Shown here in pieces: positions 17,432 through 25,922 of a DNA stretch of 64,000 nucleotides. Position numbers and translations under genes: made by a program. This stretch comes from Flavobacteriales bacterium. GTDB lineage: Bacteria; Bacteroidota; Bacteroidia; Flavobacteriales_F; PHOS-HE28. The notes under the pieces are model-generated. The model was not told the DNA's origin and made no database searches. It saw only the letters and a program-made list of their open reading frames with translations. Every line of letters begins with the position of its first letter. The stretch's first letter is position 1. The stretch lies in NCBI GenBank assembly GCA_026129465.1, contig JAHCIA010000001.1, positions 69,964 through 133,963 on the forward strand, written 5' to 3'.

Positions 17432-18553
17432 TCAGGCCGGTGGTGCGGCGGACAGCGATGCGCCCGCGCCGGTGCTCTGGTGTTCCGGGGTCCCTACCTC
17501 GTCGTGGACGATCGTCCACAAACTGATGGGTTCGCGCTTGCCTTTCAACCCGATGGCGCCGATCTCCCGCAGGCGATAACTGGCCGGGAGCCGCAGCAGG
17601 TCCAGCAGGGCCTTGGGGATCAGGTTGTCCACACCGTATTCGTTGCACGTGTTCTGGATCCTGGCCGCGGTGTTCACCACGTCGCCGCTGAAGATCCGCT
17701 CACGCTTCACCAGCCCCACCTCACCCGTGGTGACCTGCCCATAGTGGAAACCGGCCTTGAAGGTGGGCACCAGGCCGTAGCGCTCCTGGTAATGGGCGGC
17801 GCGTTTGTGGAGCTTGTTCCGGATGTCCAGGAAGCAGCGCACGCAGCGCTGGCGCCGCAGTCCACGCCGCAACGGCCAGCTCACGCTGATCTCATCGCCC
17901 ACATACTGGTAGATCTCGCCGCGCGAGTAGACGATGGGGTCGGTGATCTCCGTGTACAACTCGTTCAGCAGCTGGAAGTACTTCACGTGGCCGATGCGCT
18001 CGGCGATGGCCGTGGACGAGCGCATGTCCAGGAACATGAAGATGCGCATCTCCTGGCGCGGCTTGTGGTACCGGCCTGTGAGGTAGCCGATGCCACCGTT
18101 GCCGTACTGGTCGTTGAGGCGCACCATGAGCATGCTGACGCCCATGAGCAGGGTCCAGAAGAGGTATTGCCCCAGGAACTTCAAACCGAGAAGACGGTCC
18201 GTGAAGGCCTCCGAAAGCGGATGCTCCTGCTGTTGCCAGGCCGGCCAGAACGCTCCTGTGAAAACGATCACAGCGAACATCAACAAGGACATGACGCCCA
18301 GCGCTTTGAAGTACGCCAGTTTGCGCAGCCGGTCGCGCAGCATGAAGATGTAGATGCCACCTCCGGCCAGCCCCGCCAGCAAGCTGGGCAGGAAGCGCGC
18401 GTCCAGGCGGTCCATGAGCAGACTTTCCACACCGTGCGCCACCAATGTGTTGTGCTCCCAAAGACCGGAGAGCAGCCCCACCAGCACCCAGGCCAGGGTG
18501 ATCCGCAAGGTGCGTTTGATGCGCAGCCTGGTGGGGGCGAGGGGGTCGCGCAT
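17432..18553 (-). CDS. Membrane-anchored class III adenylate/guanylate cyclase (paralog of 16310-17419).
   Basis: IFMFLDMRSSTAIAERIGH...YQYVGDEISVSWP...SGDVVNTAARIQ has the same architecture. It is convergent with its paralog across a 12-bp gap. ATG at 18553 was verified. Confidence 0.7.
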   Translation of the reverse strand: MRDPLAPTRLRIKRTLRITLAWVLVGLLSGLWEHNTLVAHGVESLLMDRLDARFLPSLLAGLAGGGIYIFMLRDRLRKLAYFKALGVMSLLMFAVIVFTGAFWPAWQQQEHPLSEAFTDRLLGLKFLGQYLFWTLLMGVSMLMVRLNDQYGNGGIGYLTGRYHKPRQEMRIFMFLDMRSSTAIAERIGHVKYFQLLNELYTEITDPIVYSRGEIYQYVGDEISVSWPLRRGLRRQRCVRCFLDIRNKLHKRAAHYQERYGLVPTFKAGFHYGQVTTGEVGLVKRERIFSGDVVNTAARIQNTCNEYGVDNLIPKALLDLLRLPASYRLREIGAIGLKGKREPISLWTIVHDEVGTPEHQSTGAGASLSAAPPA

Positions 18554-18718
18554 GATGGTCGTTGGTCGCGGGTCCCGCAGGAACGGCGTTCATGCCATGC
18601 CTGCGGATGGCAGGCCGCGAAGTTAGCCGGGACCTTATCGTGGGTAGTGTCTCAGTTTGAAAGCCGCTGACCCTGCGCAGCTTACCGCTAAGCATGCTCC
18701 GGATCGTACCTTCGTGCC

Positions 18719-18937
18719 ATGCCAAAGCCAAAGAGACCGCGCGATACGAACCAACGCGCCAAGAGCATCGTGGACATAGCCACAGGGGAGACCACTGACC
18801 CGGTATCCGAGGACAAGCGCAACCCCGCAGCCGTTGCCTTGGGCAAATTAGGAGGGAAGGCCCGCGCCAAGAGCCTAACCGCAGCTAAGCGCAAAGCCAT
18901 CGCCAAGAAGGCCGCTATGCGACGGTGGAAAAAATAA
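18719..18937 (+). CDS. Small lysine/alanine-rich basic protein (72 aa) carried inside the IS element as a passenger; possibly nucleic-acid-binding.
   Basis: MPKPKRPRDTNQRAKSIVDIA...AVALGKLGGKARAKSLTAAKRKAIAKKAAMRRWKK has a histone-H1-like basic tail. It is followed by a strong terminator hairpin. Confidence 0.4.
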   Translation: MPKPKRPRDTNQRAKSIVDIATGETTDPVSEDKRNPAAVALGKLGGKARAKSLTAAKRKAIAKKAAMRRWKK

Positions 18938-19101
18938 TCTGACGCGGGCTCTACGGTAATACTGTTGTCGGTCCCATGAACCCCCGTCCCATTGGAAGGG
19001 ACGGGTACAGGGCGCCGGTGCGGTACATGAGGGCGGACGCTTGGGCCGATTGGGACTTGCCACGAGGGCAAGCATCCTAAGCGGAGTGTACGCTTCTCAG
19101 G

Positions 19102-19135
19102 GAAAGCCGGGGCCACAACCCCGGCTTTCTTGCGT
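19102..19135 (+). terminator. Rho-independent terminator (gaaagccgggg-ccacaa-ccccggctttc, then TTGCG) between the passenger ORF and the transposase.
   Basis: A perfect 11-bp stem was read directly from the sequence. Confidence 0.7.
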
Positions 19136-19175
19136 GCAAGGTATGGCAACCCGCAATAAAGATCCAAATAGACAT

Positions 19176-19206
19176 TTGTGCATACCGCTATGTATACATA
19201 TCTTTG
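19176..19206 (+). promoter_or_regulatory. Bacteroidota-type sigma-A promoter for the transposase: -33 TTG (19176-19178), 20-nt spacer, -7 TATCTTTG (19199-19206).
   Basis: The phylum consensus is TTG-N19-TAnnTTTG. The track ORF start (TTG at 19204) lies inside the -7 box, so the ATG at 19228 is the real start. Confidence 0.5.
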
Positions 19207-19227
19207 ACCCGTCAAAGACACCACGCC

Positions 19228-20061
19228 ATGAACCGCCTCCCCCTTGCCAAACAAGTCCAGATCATCAACATGCTCGTTGAGGGGTCCAGCCTGCGCAGCA
19301 CGTCCCGCGTGTGCGACGTGTCCATCAACACCGTCACCAAGCTGCTGGTGGATGTGGGGCGGGCTTGTGAGAAGTTCCACGATGAGACGGTGCGAAAGGT
19401 CCACGCCCGCAACGTCCAGTGTGACGAGATCTGGTCCTTCGTCTACGCCAAGCAGAAGAACGTCACCGAGGACATGAATGGGGCTGGTGACGTGTGGACG
19501 TGGACGGCACTGGACAGCGATACCAAGCTGATGATCTCATGGTTCGTAGGTAGCCGCGATGCACACGCCGCCTATGAGTTCCTAACGGATGTTCGCAGCC
19601 GGGTCAACACCCGCATGCAAATGACTACGGACGGTCACGGCGTCTACGCTGGTGCGGTCGATGCCATCTTCGGCCAGTCCATCGACTACGCCCAATTGGT
19701 GAAGATTTATGGGTCGGCCGAAGGCAAGGGCAACGAAAAGCGGTACAGCCCCGCCGAATGCACTGGAACGCGCCTCAATGTAGTGAGCGGCCGTCCTGAC
19801 GAAACGCTGATCTCCACGTCACACGTGGAACGGCAGAACCTGACCATGCGGATGGCCATGCGCCGCTTCACCCGCCTCACCAATGCCTTCAGCAAGAAGG
19901 TGGAGAACCATTGCTACGCCATCGCATTGCACTTCGTGCATTACAACTTCGTGCGCATCCACAAGACCCTGCGCGTCACGCCTGCAATGGAAGCAGGGTT
20001 GACGGATGACGTGATGACGATCGCCGATATCGTGAAGCTGGCCTACCCGGATTCAAAGTGA
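19228..20061 (+). CDS. IS1-family transposase (single fused ORF: N-terminal InsA-like HTH plus DDE InsB-like catalytic domain).
   Basis: The C-terminus [49 protein letters not shown] parallels IS1 InsB (..ERNNLNLR..LARL.RK...FSKS.E.H...I..Y.N..H..). The N-terminus [31 protein letters not shown] is an HTH. Confidence 0.75.
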   Translation: MNRLPLAKQVQIINMLVEGSSLRSTSRVCDVSINTVTKLLVDVGRACEKFHDETVRKVHARNVQCDEIWSFVYAKQKNVTEDMNGAGDVWTWTALDSDTKLMISWFVGSRDAHAAYEFLTDVRSRVNTRMQMTTDGHGVYAGAVDAIFGQSIDYAQLVKIYGSAEGKGNEKRYSPAECTGTRLNVVSGRPDETLISTSHVERQNLTMRMAMRRFTRLTNAFSKKVENHCYAIALHFVHYNFVRIHKTLRVTPAMEAGLTDDVMTIADIVKLAYPDSK

Positions 20062-20093
20062 GACACTACCTTATCGTGCGTGTGAAGCGAAGG

Positions 20094-20498
20094 TCAAGGA
20101 GTTGTGTCCTTCGTGTACCGCGCTCGGCGCATGCGCCGCGGCAGCATCACGGCGTAATACCAGCTCACTGTGAGCAGGCCCGCCACGAAGAAGGACGCCG
20201 CCAGTGGGCGGGTGCCATCGTCGTAGAAGAACTCCCCGATCATCCACACGGAGTTGGCCAGGATCCAGAGCACCACGCTCAGGCTATGGAGCAGTTCACC
20301 AGCGTCCTTCCGGCATTGCCAGGCGATCCAGCCCGCCATGCCCACGGTGGGCGCCACCATGATCACCCCGGCCAGGTGCAGGTCCATCACCCAGCAGAGG
20401 TCCTTCAGCAACCAGAGGACGATGTGGAAATTCTCGTTCGCGCGCAGGTTCAGGAACATGGGTGGCGGTTTGCGGCAAAGGTGTGCGAACGGAGCCAT
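20094..20498 (-). CDS. Small integral membrane protein (3-4 TM), hypothetical.
   Basis: The hydrophobic C-terminal 120 aa of the track ORF form the real product. Start is ATG 20498 (or 20459). The upstream 168 aa are antisense and lack coding character. Confidence 0.4.
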   Translation of the reverse strand: MAPFAHLCRKPPPMFLNLRANENFHIVLWLLKDLCWVMDLHLAGVIMVAPTVGMAGWIAWQCRKDAGELLHSLSVVLWILANSVWMIGEFFYDDGTRPLAASFFVAGLLTVSWYYAVMLPRRMRRARYTKDTTP

Positions 20499-20555
20499 TG
20501 GCGTATCGCACGGCGTTGTTGCGCCCCCATGGCATCGGGTACCTTTGGTCCCACG

Positions 20556-21179
20556 ATGATGATGATGGGCGCATGGGCAGGACGGGCAGTGGGCGGGTGG
20601 ATCTTGAGGGGCATCCTGTTCGTGTCGTTCTTCGCCGGGCATGCTCCCTCGGCGAAGGCTTTCCACATCCATCTCCATGGCATGGTCACCGAGTATTTCA
20701 GCGGTGCGCCCATGAAGGGTGTGCAGGTGCGTCTGGTGAAGGACAGCATCGAGCGGGAGACCGTGGTGACCGGGACCAACGGCCGTTATGAGCTCTATCT
20801 GGAGCGCGGATACGACTACCAGGTGTGGTTCCACCGCAACGATCTGGTGACCAAGTACGTGCGCATCGATGCGCGCGATATCCCGCTGAAACCCGACGTT
20901 CCCTTTTTCGACATGGACCTGCAGATGACCATGTTCCGTTGGCTGGAGGGCTTCGACCACTCGGCCTTCGACCAGCCGGTGGGCCTGGCCAGCTACAAGC
21001 ATTCCGTGCGCAACCTCAATTGGAACGTGGATTTCACCAACGAACGCCGAGCGGAGATCAACCGGGTGATGATCAACTATGAGCGCGCCCTGGACAAGTA
21101 CGAACGCGCCACGCGCAGCAACGGCCGCAAGGGGTCATCCTCCACCGTCAGGCGCAAGAAGAAGGTCACCTACTTCTGA
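20556..21179 (+). CDS. Secreted ~200-aa protein with a carboxypeptidase-regulatory-like beta-sandwich; paralog of 24583-25128.
   Basis: Has the signal peptide MMMMGAWAGRAVGGWILRGILFVSFFAGHAPSAKA followed by GMVTEY...VQVRLV...VVTGTNGRYELYL...YQVWF. It aligns to the 24583 gene over about 120 aa. Confidence 0.45.
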   Translation: MMMMGAWAGRAVGGWILRGILFVSFFAGHAPSAKAFHIHLHGMVTEYFSGAPMKGVQVRLVKDSIERETVVTGTNGRYELYLERGYDYQVWFHRNDLVTKYVRIDARDIPLKPDVPFFDMDLQMTMFRWLEGFDHSAFDQPVGLASYKHSVRNLNWNVDFTNERRAEINRVMINYERALDKYERATRSNGRKGSSSTVRRKKKVTYF

Positions 21180-21985
21180 CCTTTTCCCCGGGCCACGAGC
21201 CGCACACATTCCACGGCCGGACGCACATCGTGCACACGCAGGATGTCCGCACCCTTGAGCAGGGCGATGGTGTTGAGCACCGTGGTGCCGTTGAGCGCTT
21301 CTGAAGGCGATGTGCCCAACACCTCGTTGATCATGCGCTTGCGCGAAAGGCCCACGAGCACGGGCGAACCAAGTGCCTTGACGCTGGGCAGGCCGTGCAG
21401 CAGCGCATGGTTGTGCGCCGTGGTCTTGCCGAATCCGAAGCCGGGGTCGAGGACCACATCGGCGATGCCGGCCGCATGGACCGTCCGCATCCTTTCGGCG
21501 AGGAACAAGGTCACCTCCGCCACCACATCATGGTATCGCGGCTCCTGCTGCATGGTTCGTGGCATGCCCCGCATGTGCATGGCCACATAGGGTACCCCCA
21601 AAGCGGAAACCGTGGACAGCATGGAGGGATCCAACAGGCCGGCGCCGATGTCGTTCACCAGGCCGGCGCCGGCCTCCACAGCGGCCCTTGCCACCGTTGC
21701 GCGATACGTGTCGATGCTGAGCCATGCTTCCGGGAACCGGCGATGCACGGCCTCCACCACCGGCAGCACGCGCCGCAATTCCTCCTCCACCGGCACCTCC
21801 TCAGCGCCCGGCCGCGTGCTCATGCCGCCGATATCGAGGATGGCGGCACCTTCGCTCAGCATGGTCTCCGCCGCGCGCAGCGCATGGTCCACGTCCACCC
21901 GGCTCGCGCTATGGAAGCTGTCGGGCGTGGCGTTCAGAATGCCCATCACCAGCGGGAACCGCGGTCGTACCAGCCGGTCCTTCAT
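21170..21985 (-). CDS. folP: Dihydropteroate synthase.
   Basis: MGILNATPDSFH...ILDIGGMSTRPG...NDIGAGL...GLSRKRMI are Pterin_bind/DHPS motifs. ATG at 21985 was verified. Confidence 0.85.
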   Translation of the reverse strand: MKDRLVRPRFPLVMGILNATPDSFHSASRVDVDHALRAAETMLSEGAAILDIGGMSTRPGAEEVPVEEELRRVLPVVEAVHRRFPEAWLSIDTYRATVARAAVEAGAGLVNDIGAGLLDPSMLSTVSALGVPYVAMHMRGMPRTMQQEPRYHDVVAEVTLFLAERMRTVHAAGIADVVLDPGFGFGKTTAHNHALLHGLPSVKALGSPVLVGLSRKRMINEVLGTSPSEALNGTTVLNTIALLKGADILRVHDVRPAVECVRLVARGKGQK

Positions 21986-22052
21986 GCGCCACAAGGGGCC
22001 GCTATCTTCGCCGCGCTCCGTCACGGGGCACAAGATCCCGCTTCGCACAGGC

Positions 22053-22598
22053 ATGGACAAGACCCTCGCGCAATACGACGCCATTATGGGGGAGTGCATC
22101 CGCCTCTTCGGGCAGAAGGCGCGGGACTACGGTACGGCCTGGCGCATCCTGCGGGTGCCTTCGCTCACTGACCAGATCTTCATCAAGGCCCAGCGGATCC
22201 GCACCTTGCAGCAGGTGGGGGAGAGCAAGGTGGGAGAGGGTATCCGGCCCGAATTGGTCGGCATCATCAACTACGCCGCCATGGCGCTGGTGCAGTTGGA
22301 GCGCGGCGTGGCCGAAACGCCGGACATGGACGCGGAAGTGGCCACCGCCCTGGTGCTCGATCGGATGCGGCATGCCCGCGACCTGATGACGCGCAAGAAC
22401 CACGACTATGGCGAGGCCTGGCGCAGCATGCGCGTAAGTTCGCTGGTGGATCTGATCCTGATGAAGCTGTTGCGCATCAAACAGATCGAGGACAATCAGG
22501 GTGCCACCCTCGTCAGCGAAGGCATCGACGCCAACTTCCTGGACATTGTGAATTACGCCGTCTTCGCGATGATCCAGTTGGACGAGGGGAAGGGGTGA
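22053..22598 (+). CDS. DUF1599 domain protein (two tandem YG/AW helical repeats), divergent from folP as is usual in Bacteroidota.
   Basis: Contains two copies of the K..DYG.AWR..R..SL.D.I..K..RI motif. ATG at 22053 was verified. The N-terminal 147 aa of the track ORF are antisense to folP. Confidence 0.5.
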   Translation: MDKTLAQYDAIMGECIRLFGQKARDYGTAWRILRVPSLTDQIFIKAQRIRTLQQVGESKVGEGIRPELVGIINYAAMALVQLERGVAETPDMDAEVATALVLDRMRHARDLMTRKNHDYGEAWRSMRVSSLVDLILMKLLRIKQIEDNQGATLVSEGIDANFLDIVNYAVFAMIQLDEGKG

Positions 22599-22692
22599 GG
22601 CATGTGATTATGTGCCCATGTGAGGATGGGCTCTTGTGACCATGTGCTCATGTGACCATGATGCCTATGGGAAAGATGAATGGCAGGCACAG

Positions 22693-23172
22693 CTAACGTC
22701 CACCCTCCAACGGCCCCAGCGGACTGTCGGGGCAATCCATGCGCCGCATCGTGTACACGCCTCCGGCGATCTTCCATGTACCTCGGTCCAGCACCAGCGT
22801 GAAGACGTCCGCGCCGCAGTGGCTGTGCCGGCCGTCGGCGTGGAAGTCGTACCGCATGGTCACCGTGGCGATGCCTTCGTCCACGTATACCACGGGATGC
22901 CAGTAGCGTTCGCGCCAATCGCCCTCCCCATTGGCCAGGGAGGCGAGATAGGCTTGGTGCGTCACGGCGATCGGGGGGCGGTCCGGATCCTCCGTGAGCA
23001 CCGCATGGAACACGCCGTCGTTGGTGAGCGTCGCGGCCATGGCGGCCGTGTCCCGGGCGGCCATCGCGGCGAAGAAGCGGTCGATGACCTGGATGACCGC
23101 CGTCTCCGGCGCGGGTTGGCCCGATGCCTGAAGCACCGCGACAAGGGGAATGATCAGGGAAGCGATCCGCAT
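22693..23172 (-). CDS. NTF2-like (SnoaL/DUF4440) secreted protein.
   Basis: Has a signal peptide (MRIASLIIPLVAVLQASG) and an alpha+beta cone-like pattern (IDRFFAAMAARD...WKIAGGVYT). Confidence 0.4.
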   Translation of the reverse strand: MRIASLIIPLVAVLQASGQPAPETAVIQVIDRFFAAMAARDTAAMAATLTNDGVFHAVLTEDPDRPPIAVTHQAYLASLANGEGDWRERYWHPVVYVDEGIATVTMRYDFHADGRHSHCGADVFTLVLDRGTWKIAGGVYTMRRMDCPDSPLGPLEGGR

Positions 23173-23183
23173 GGGCGCGAAGA

Positions 23184-24440
23184 TCAGAAGCCGCAGAAAT
23201 ACCTGATCGCGTCCGCGGCTTTTTCGAGGCCCAGATCGCGGCTTCGCTCCAGGTCGCCGCAGCCTTGCAGCAGTTGGTAGCTCATCAGGTAGGCCAGGCC
23301 ACGGTCGTAGTAGTGCGCTGCAGGGTATTTGTCCAGTTGGATGGCGCGCGAATAATGTTCGATGGCTTCCGGGTATTCGCTGAGCAGCAGGTGAAGGTCC
23401 CCTTTGAGGTTCCAGGCGTCCGGGTCATCGGGCGCGCGGCGCAAAGCTTCCTCCGCATCGCGCATGGCGCCCAGGTGTTCCCCCAGGAACTTCAAGGTGT
23501 AGGCCCGGTTGAAGAGCAGGTCGGCGTGGCCGGCATCGCGCACCAGGGCTTCATCATAGTCGCGCAGGGCGCCTTTCAGGTCACCGGTCTCCTTGCGCAC
23601 CAAGGCACGGTTGTACAGGAAGGTGACCTCCCCCTGGCCGAGTGACACCGCCTTGTCCATGTCGGCCAGGGCCTTGTCCTTTTCGCCCAGCGCGCGGTGC
23701 GACAGTCCGCGGTTGAACCAGGCCTGTGGCCAGGTGGGGGCGAGGGTGATGGCCTTGCTGAAGGATCTGATGGCCTCCGCATGCTCGCCACGCCGGGCTT
23801 GGGCCATGCCGCGCAGGTCGTGGGCCAGTGTGCTGTTGGGCTGCCCGGCCAGGACCCGGTCGGCGATGGCCTGGGCGCGCCCAGGGTCGTCCAGCCGCAG
23901 GTGCGTGAAGCCCGCTTTCAGCAGCAACAAGGTGTCCTCGGGAGAACCGGCCAGGAGGGTGTCCAATTCGCCAAGCGCCTGGTCGGGCCGCCCGATGGCG
24001 AGGTATTCGTCCACACGTGCCTTGCGCAGGATCTCGTCGTATGGGGCGATGCGCTGCGCCTCCACCATGTCCACTTCCGCTCCCTTGTGGTCGCTCAGCA
24101 GGATGCGCACCTTGGCCCGGCGGTCATGGATGTATTCGCTCATGGGGTTGAGCTTCAAGGCCAGGTCCATGTCGGCCAGCGCCTGCGTGTATTGCCCCAG
24201 CCGCGTCAGCAGCGCCGCACGTTTCATGTACGGGTCGGCGAAGGCGGGATCCTTCTGTATGGCGTTGGTGTAATGGAAATAGGCCTGCTCGGAATTCCCG
24301 AGACGCAGGGCGATGTCGCCTTGTTGGATCAGTTGGATCGCGTCCAAGCGGCGATCCAGTTGCGCGGGCAACAGCCCGGAGGTGGAAAGGGCCACCAAGG
24401 CGATCGCCGAACGGATGCGGAGGAGCATGGCAGTGCGCAT
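23184..24440 (-). CDS. Secreted tetratricopeptide-repeat protein (at least 10 TPRs).
   Basis: The W-LG-Y-A-F-P pattern (..A..YY.RGLA) recurs throughout. Start is ATG 24440 (MRTAMLLRIRSAIALVALS); the track start at 24470 is GTG. Confidence 0.6.
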   Translation of the reverse strand: MRTAMLLRIRSAIALVALSTSGLLPAQLDRRLDAIQLIQQGDIALRLGNSEQAYFHYTNAIQKDPAFADPYMKRAALLTRLGQYTQALADMDLALKLNPMSEYIHDRRAKVRILLSDHKGAEVDMVEAQRIAPYDEILRKARVDEYLAIGRPDQALGELDTLLAGSPEDTLLLLKAGFTHLRLDDPGRAQAIADRVLAGQPNSTLAHDLRGMAQARRGEHAEAIRSFSKAITLAPTWPQAWFNRGLSHRALGEKDKALADMDKAVSLGQGEVTFLYNRALVRKETGDLKGALRDYDEALVRDAGHADLLFNRAYTLKFLGEHLGAMRDAEEALRRAPDDPDAWNLKGDLHLLLSEYPEAIEHYSRAIQLDKYPAAHYYDRGLAYLMSYQLLQGCGDLERSRDLGLEKAADAIRYFCGF

Positions 24441-24582
24441 GATGATGCAGCGGAAATGTAACACGGCCACCCAGGCTATGGTTGGCCGGTGTTCAACAGC
24501 CGATCGTGGGAAAGAAGCACCCTGCGCGGCCCGTCATCGCTGGCATCGCCGTCCAGGGCGCGGCTACCTTCGGCCCCGCTCC

Positions 24583-25128
24583 ATGCGGCTCCATCTGCTG
24601 ACATCGCTCCTCGCGTTCGGACTGGCCTCCGCCACTTGGGCCGTGGAGTTGCGCGTGCATGGCCTGGTCTCGGACCACCGCACGCGTGAGCCACTTCAGG
24701 AGGCGCTGGTGCGCGTGTACAAGAACGGGGAGAAGCAGCATGTGTTCCACACGGGGCCGGGCGGCAGGTATAGCGTCCGGCTGGACAACAACGCGCACTA
24801 CGTGATCCGCTTCAGCGCGCCGGGCCGTGTCACCAAATGCTTCACCGTGGACACCAGTGGACCGGCCTGGGCGGACGACAAGCGCGCCACGGACCTGGAG
24901 GTGGAAATGACCCTCTTCGAACCGGTGGAAGGGCTGGACCTGGGTTGGTTCGACATGCCCATGGGGATGGCACGCTTCACCCCCATGACCGGCCACATCG
25001 CCTGGAACGCCGACTATGAGCGCCGCATCCGCCCCGAGGTGGACCGCCTGATGGCGGAAGTGGCCCTGCGGCAGGCGGCCATCGCCGATCGTGGCACCCG
25101 GTTGCCGGTGGGCACCACGCGCCACTGA
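24583..25128 (+). CDS. Secreted ~180-aa beta-sandwich protein, paralog of 20556-21179.
   Basis: Has the signal peptide MRLHLLTSLLAFGLASATWA, then GLVSDHRTREPL..ALVRVY...HTGPGGRYSVRL...YVIRF...EMTLF, alignable with the 20556 gene. Confidence 0.45.
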   Translation: MRLHLLTSLLAFGLASATWAVELRVHGLVSDHRTREPLQEALVRVYKNGEKQHVFHTGPGGRYSVRLDNNAHYVIRFSAPGRVTKCFTVDTSGPAWADDKRATDLEVEMTLFEPVEGLDLGWFDMPMGMARFTPMTGHIAWNADYERRIRPEVDRLMAEVALRQAAIADRGTRLPVGTTRH

Positions 25129-25219
25129 TACGACGGCCGAAGCAGCGCATCGCGTCATCGCAACGTCAAGACCGATGAACGGTCGCCGGAGAGACCATGG
25201 CGGCCACTACTTTGCCCGC

Positions 25220-25759
25220 ATGACCATCCACATCACGCCTTGGGAACGGCGCGAACTGCCTTTCGGAAGGGGACCCGGGGAGTTGCCCGCGCTGCTGGAA
25301 CGTTTGCTGGGCACACCTGCCCGCCTGATGGCCCTGACCATGCACGAGGCACCGGAGAAGTTGAGCATGCGCATGCAGGGCCGGTGGAGCGTGCTGGAAC
25401 ACATCGGCCACTTGGTGCACTTGCAGGACCGCTTCGATGAGCGTGTGGAGGATTTCGCGGCGCGCCGCCCCTGCTTGTGCCACATCGATCTGGAGGGACA
25501 GGACCGCCTCCTCCCGGGCTACACGGGCCGTGCGCTGGGCGATGTCCTGGAGGAGTTCCGGCTGAAACGGTCCTACTTCGTGGAGCGCCTCACCGAACTG
25601 GATCCCGGTGCCTTGGACCACCGGGCCGAGCACCCGTGCAGCAGGATGATGATGAGCGTGGTGGACATGGCCACCTGGCTGGCGGAACACGATGACCATC
25701 ACCTGCTGTCCATACGTGCCATGTTGCAAGCCGGCGGGCGCAGGTCGATAGCCGGCTGA
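25220..25759 (+). CDS. DinB/YfiT-family four-helix-bundle protein.
   Basis: LEHIGHLVHLQDRFDERV...WLAEHDDHHL shows the His-rich metal triad typical of DinB_2. ATG at 25220 was verified. Confidence 0.45.
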   Translation: MTIHITPWERRELPFGRGPGELPALLERLLGTPARLMALTMHEAPEKLSMRMQGRWSVLEHIGHLVHLQDRFDERVEDFAARRPCLCHIDLEGQDRLLPGYTGRALGDVLEEFRLKRSYFVERLTELDPGALDHRAEHPCSRMMMSVVDMATWLAEHDDHHLLSIRAMLQAGGRRSIAG

Positions 25760-25922
25760 GGCCGATGGAGGTTGGCTGAGCCCACAGGATGTGCCGACCG
25801 TCGCATCCAGCACCTTCACTTCCCAGACCTTGGCCGCCCTTCAACTGTGAACCACTTGTTGATCCCACGGCGGGCCACCGGGGCCGGGCCTAAATTCGCC
25901 GCGAACCATACGCCCGGAAAGC

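Larger units (their letters stand above)
18643..20070 (+). mobile_element. IS1-family insertion sequence (1428 bp) with 19-bp imperfect terminal inverted repeats and an 8-bp target-site duplication TTATCGTG.
   Basis: IRL is GGTAGTGTCTCAGTTTGAA (18643-18661). IRR reads TTCAAAGTGAGACACTACC on the plus strand (20052-20070); its reverse complement matches IRL at 18 of 19 positions. Flanking direct repeats TTATCGTG lie at 18635-18642 and 20071-20078. The element carries a fused InsA/InsB-like transposase plus a small passenger ORF. Confidence 0.75.

Noticed and set aside
17480-18670. A 396-aa plus-strand ORF.
   Set aside because: Antisense to the second adenylate cyclase gene.
19133-19160. A possible IS left end just upstream of the transposase promoter (cttgcgtgcaaggtatgg).
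   Set aside because: It matches the right end only weakly. The true IRL is 560 bp further upstream at 18643, where a 19-bp IR and an 8-bp TSD are found.
18688-19404. A 238-aa minus-strand ORF spanning the IS interior.
   Set aside because: It runs antisense across the passenger ORF, the terminator hairpin, the promoter and the 5' end of the transposase. It has no coding character, and the element's organisation is explained by the plus-strand genes.
21612-22052. A 147-aa N-terminal extension of the DUF1599 ORF, together with the 21395-22171 and 21724-22386 plus-strand ORFs.
   Set aside because: Antisense to folP. The DUF1599 start at 22053 gives the usual ~180-aa protein.
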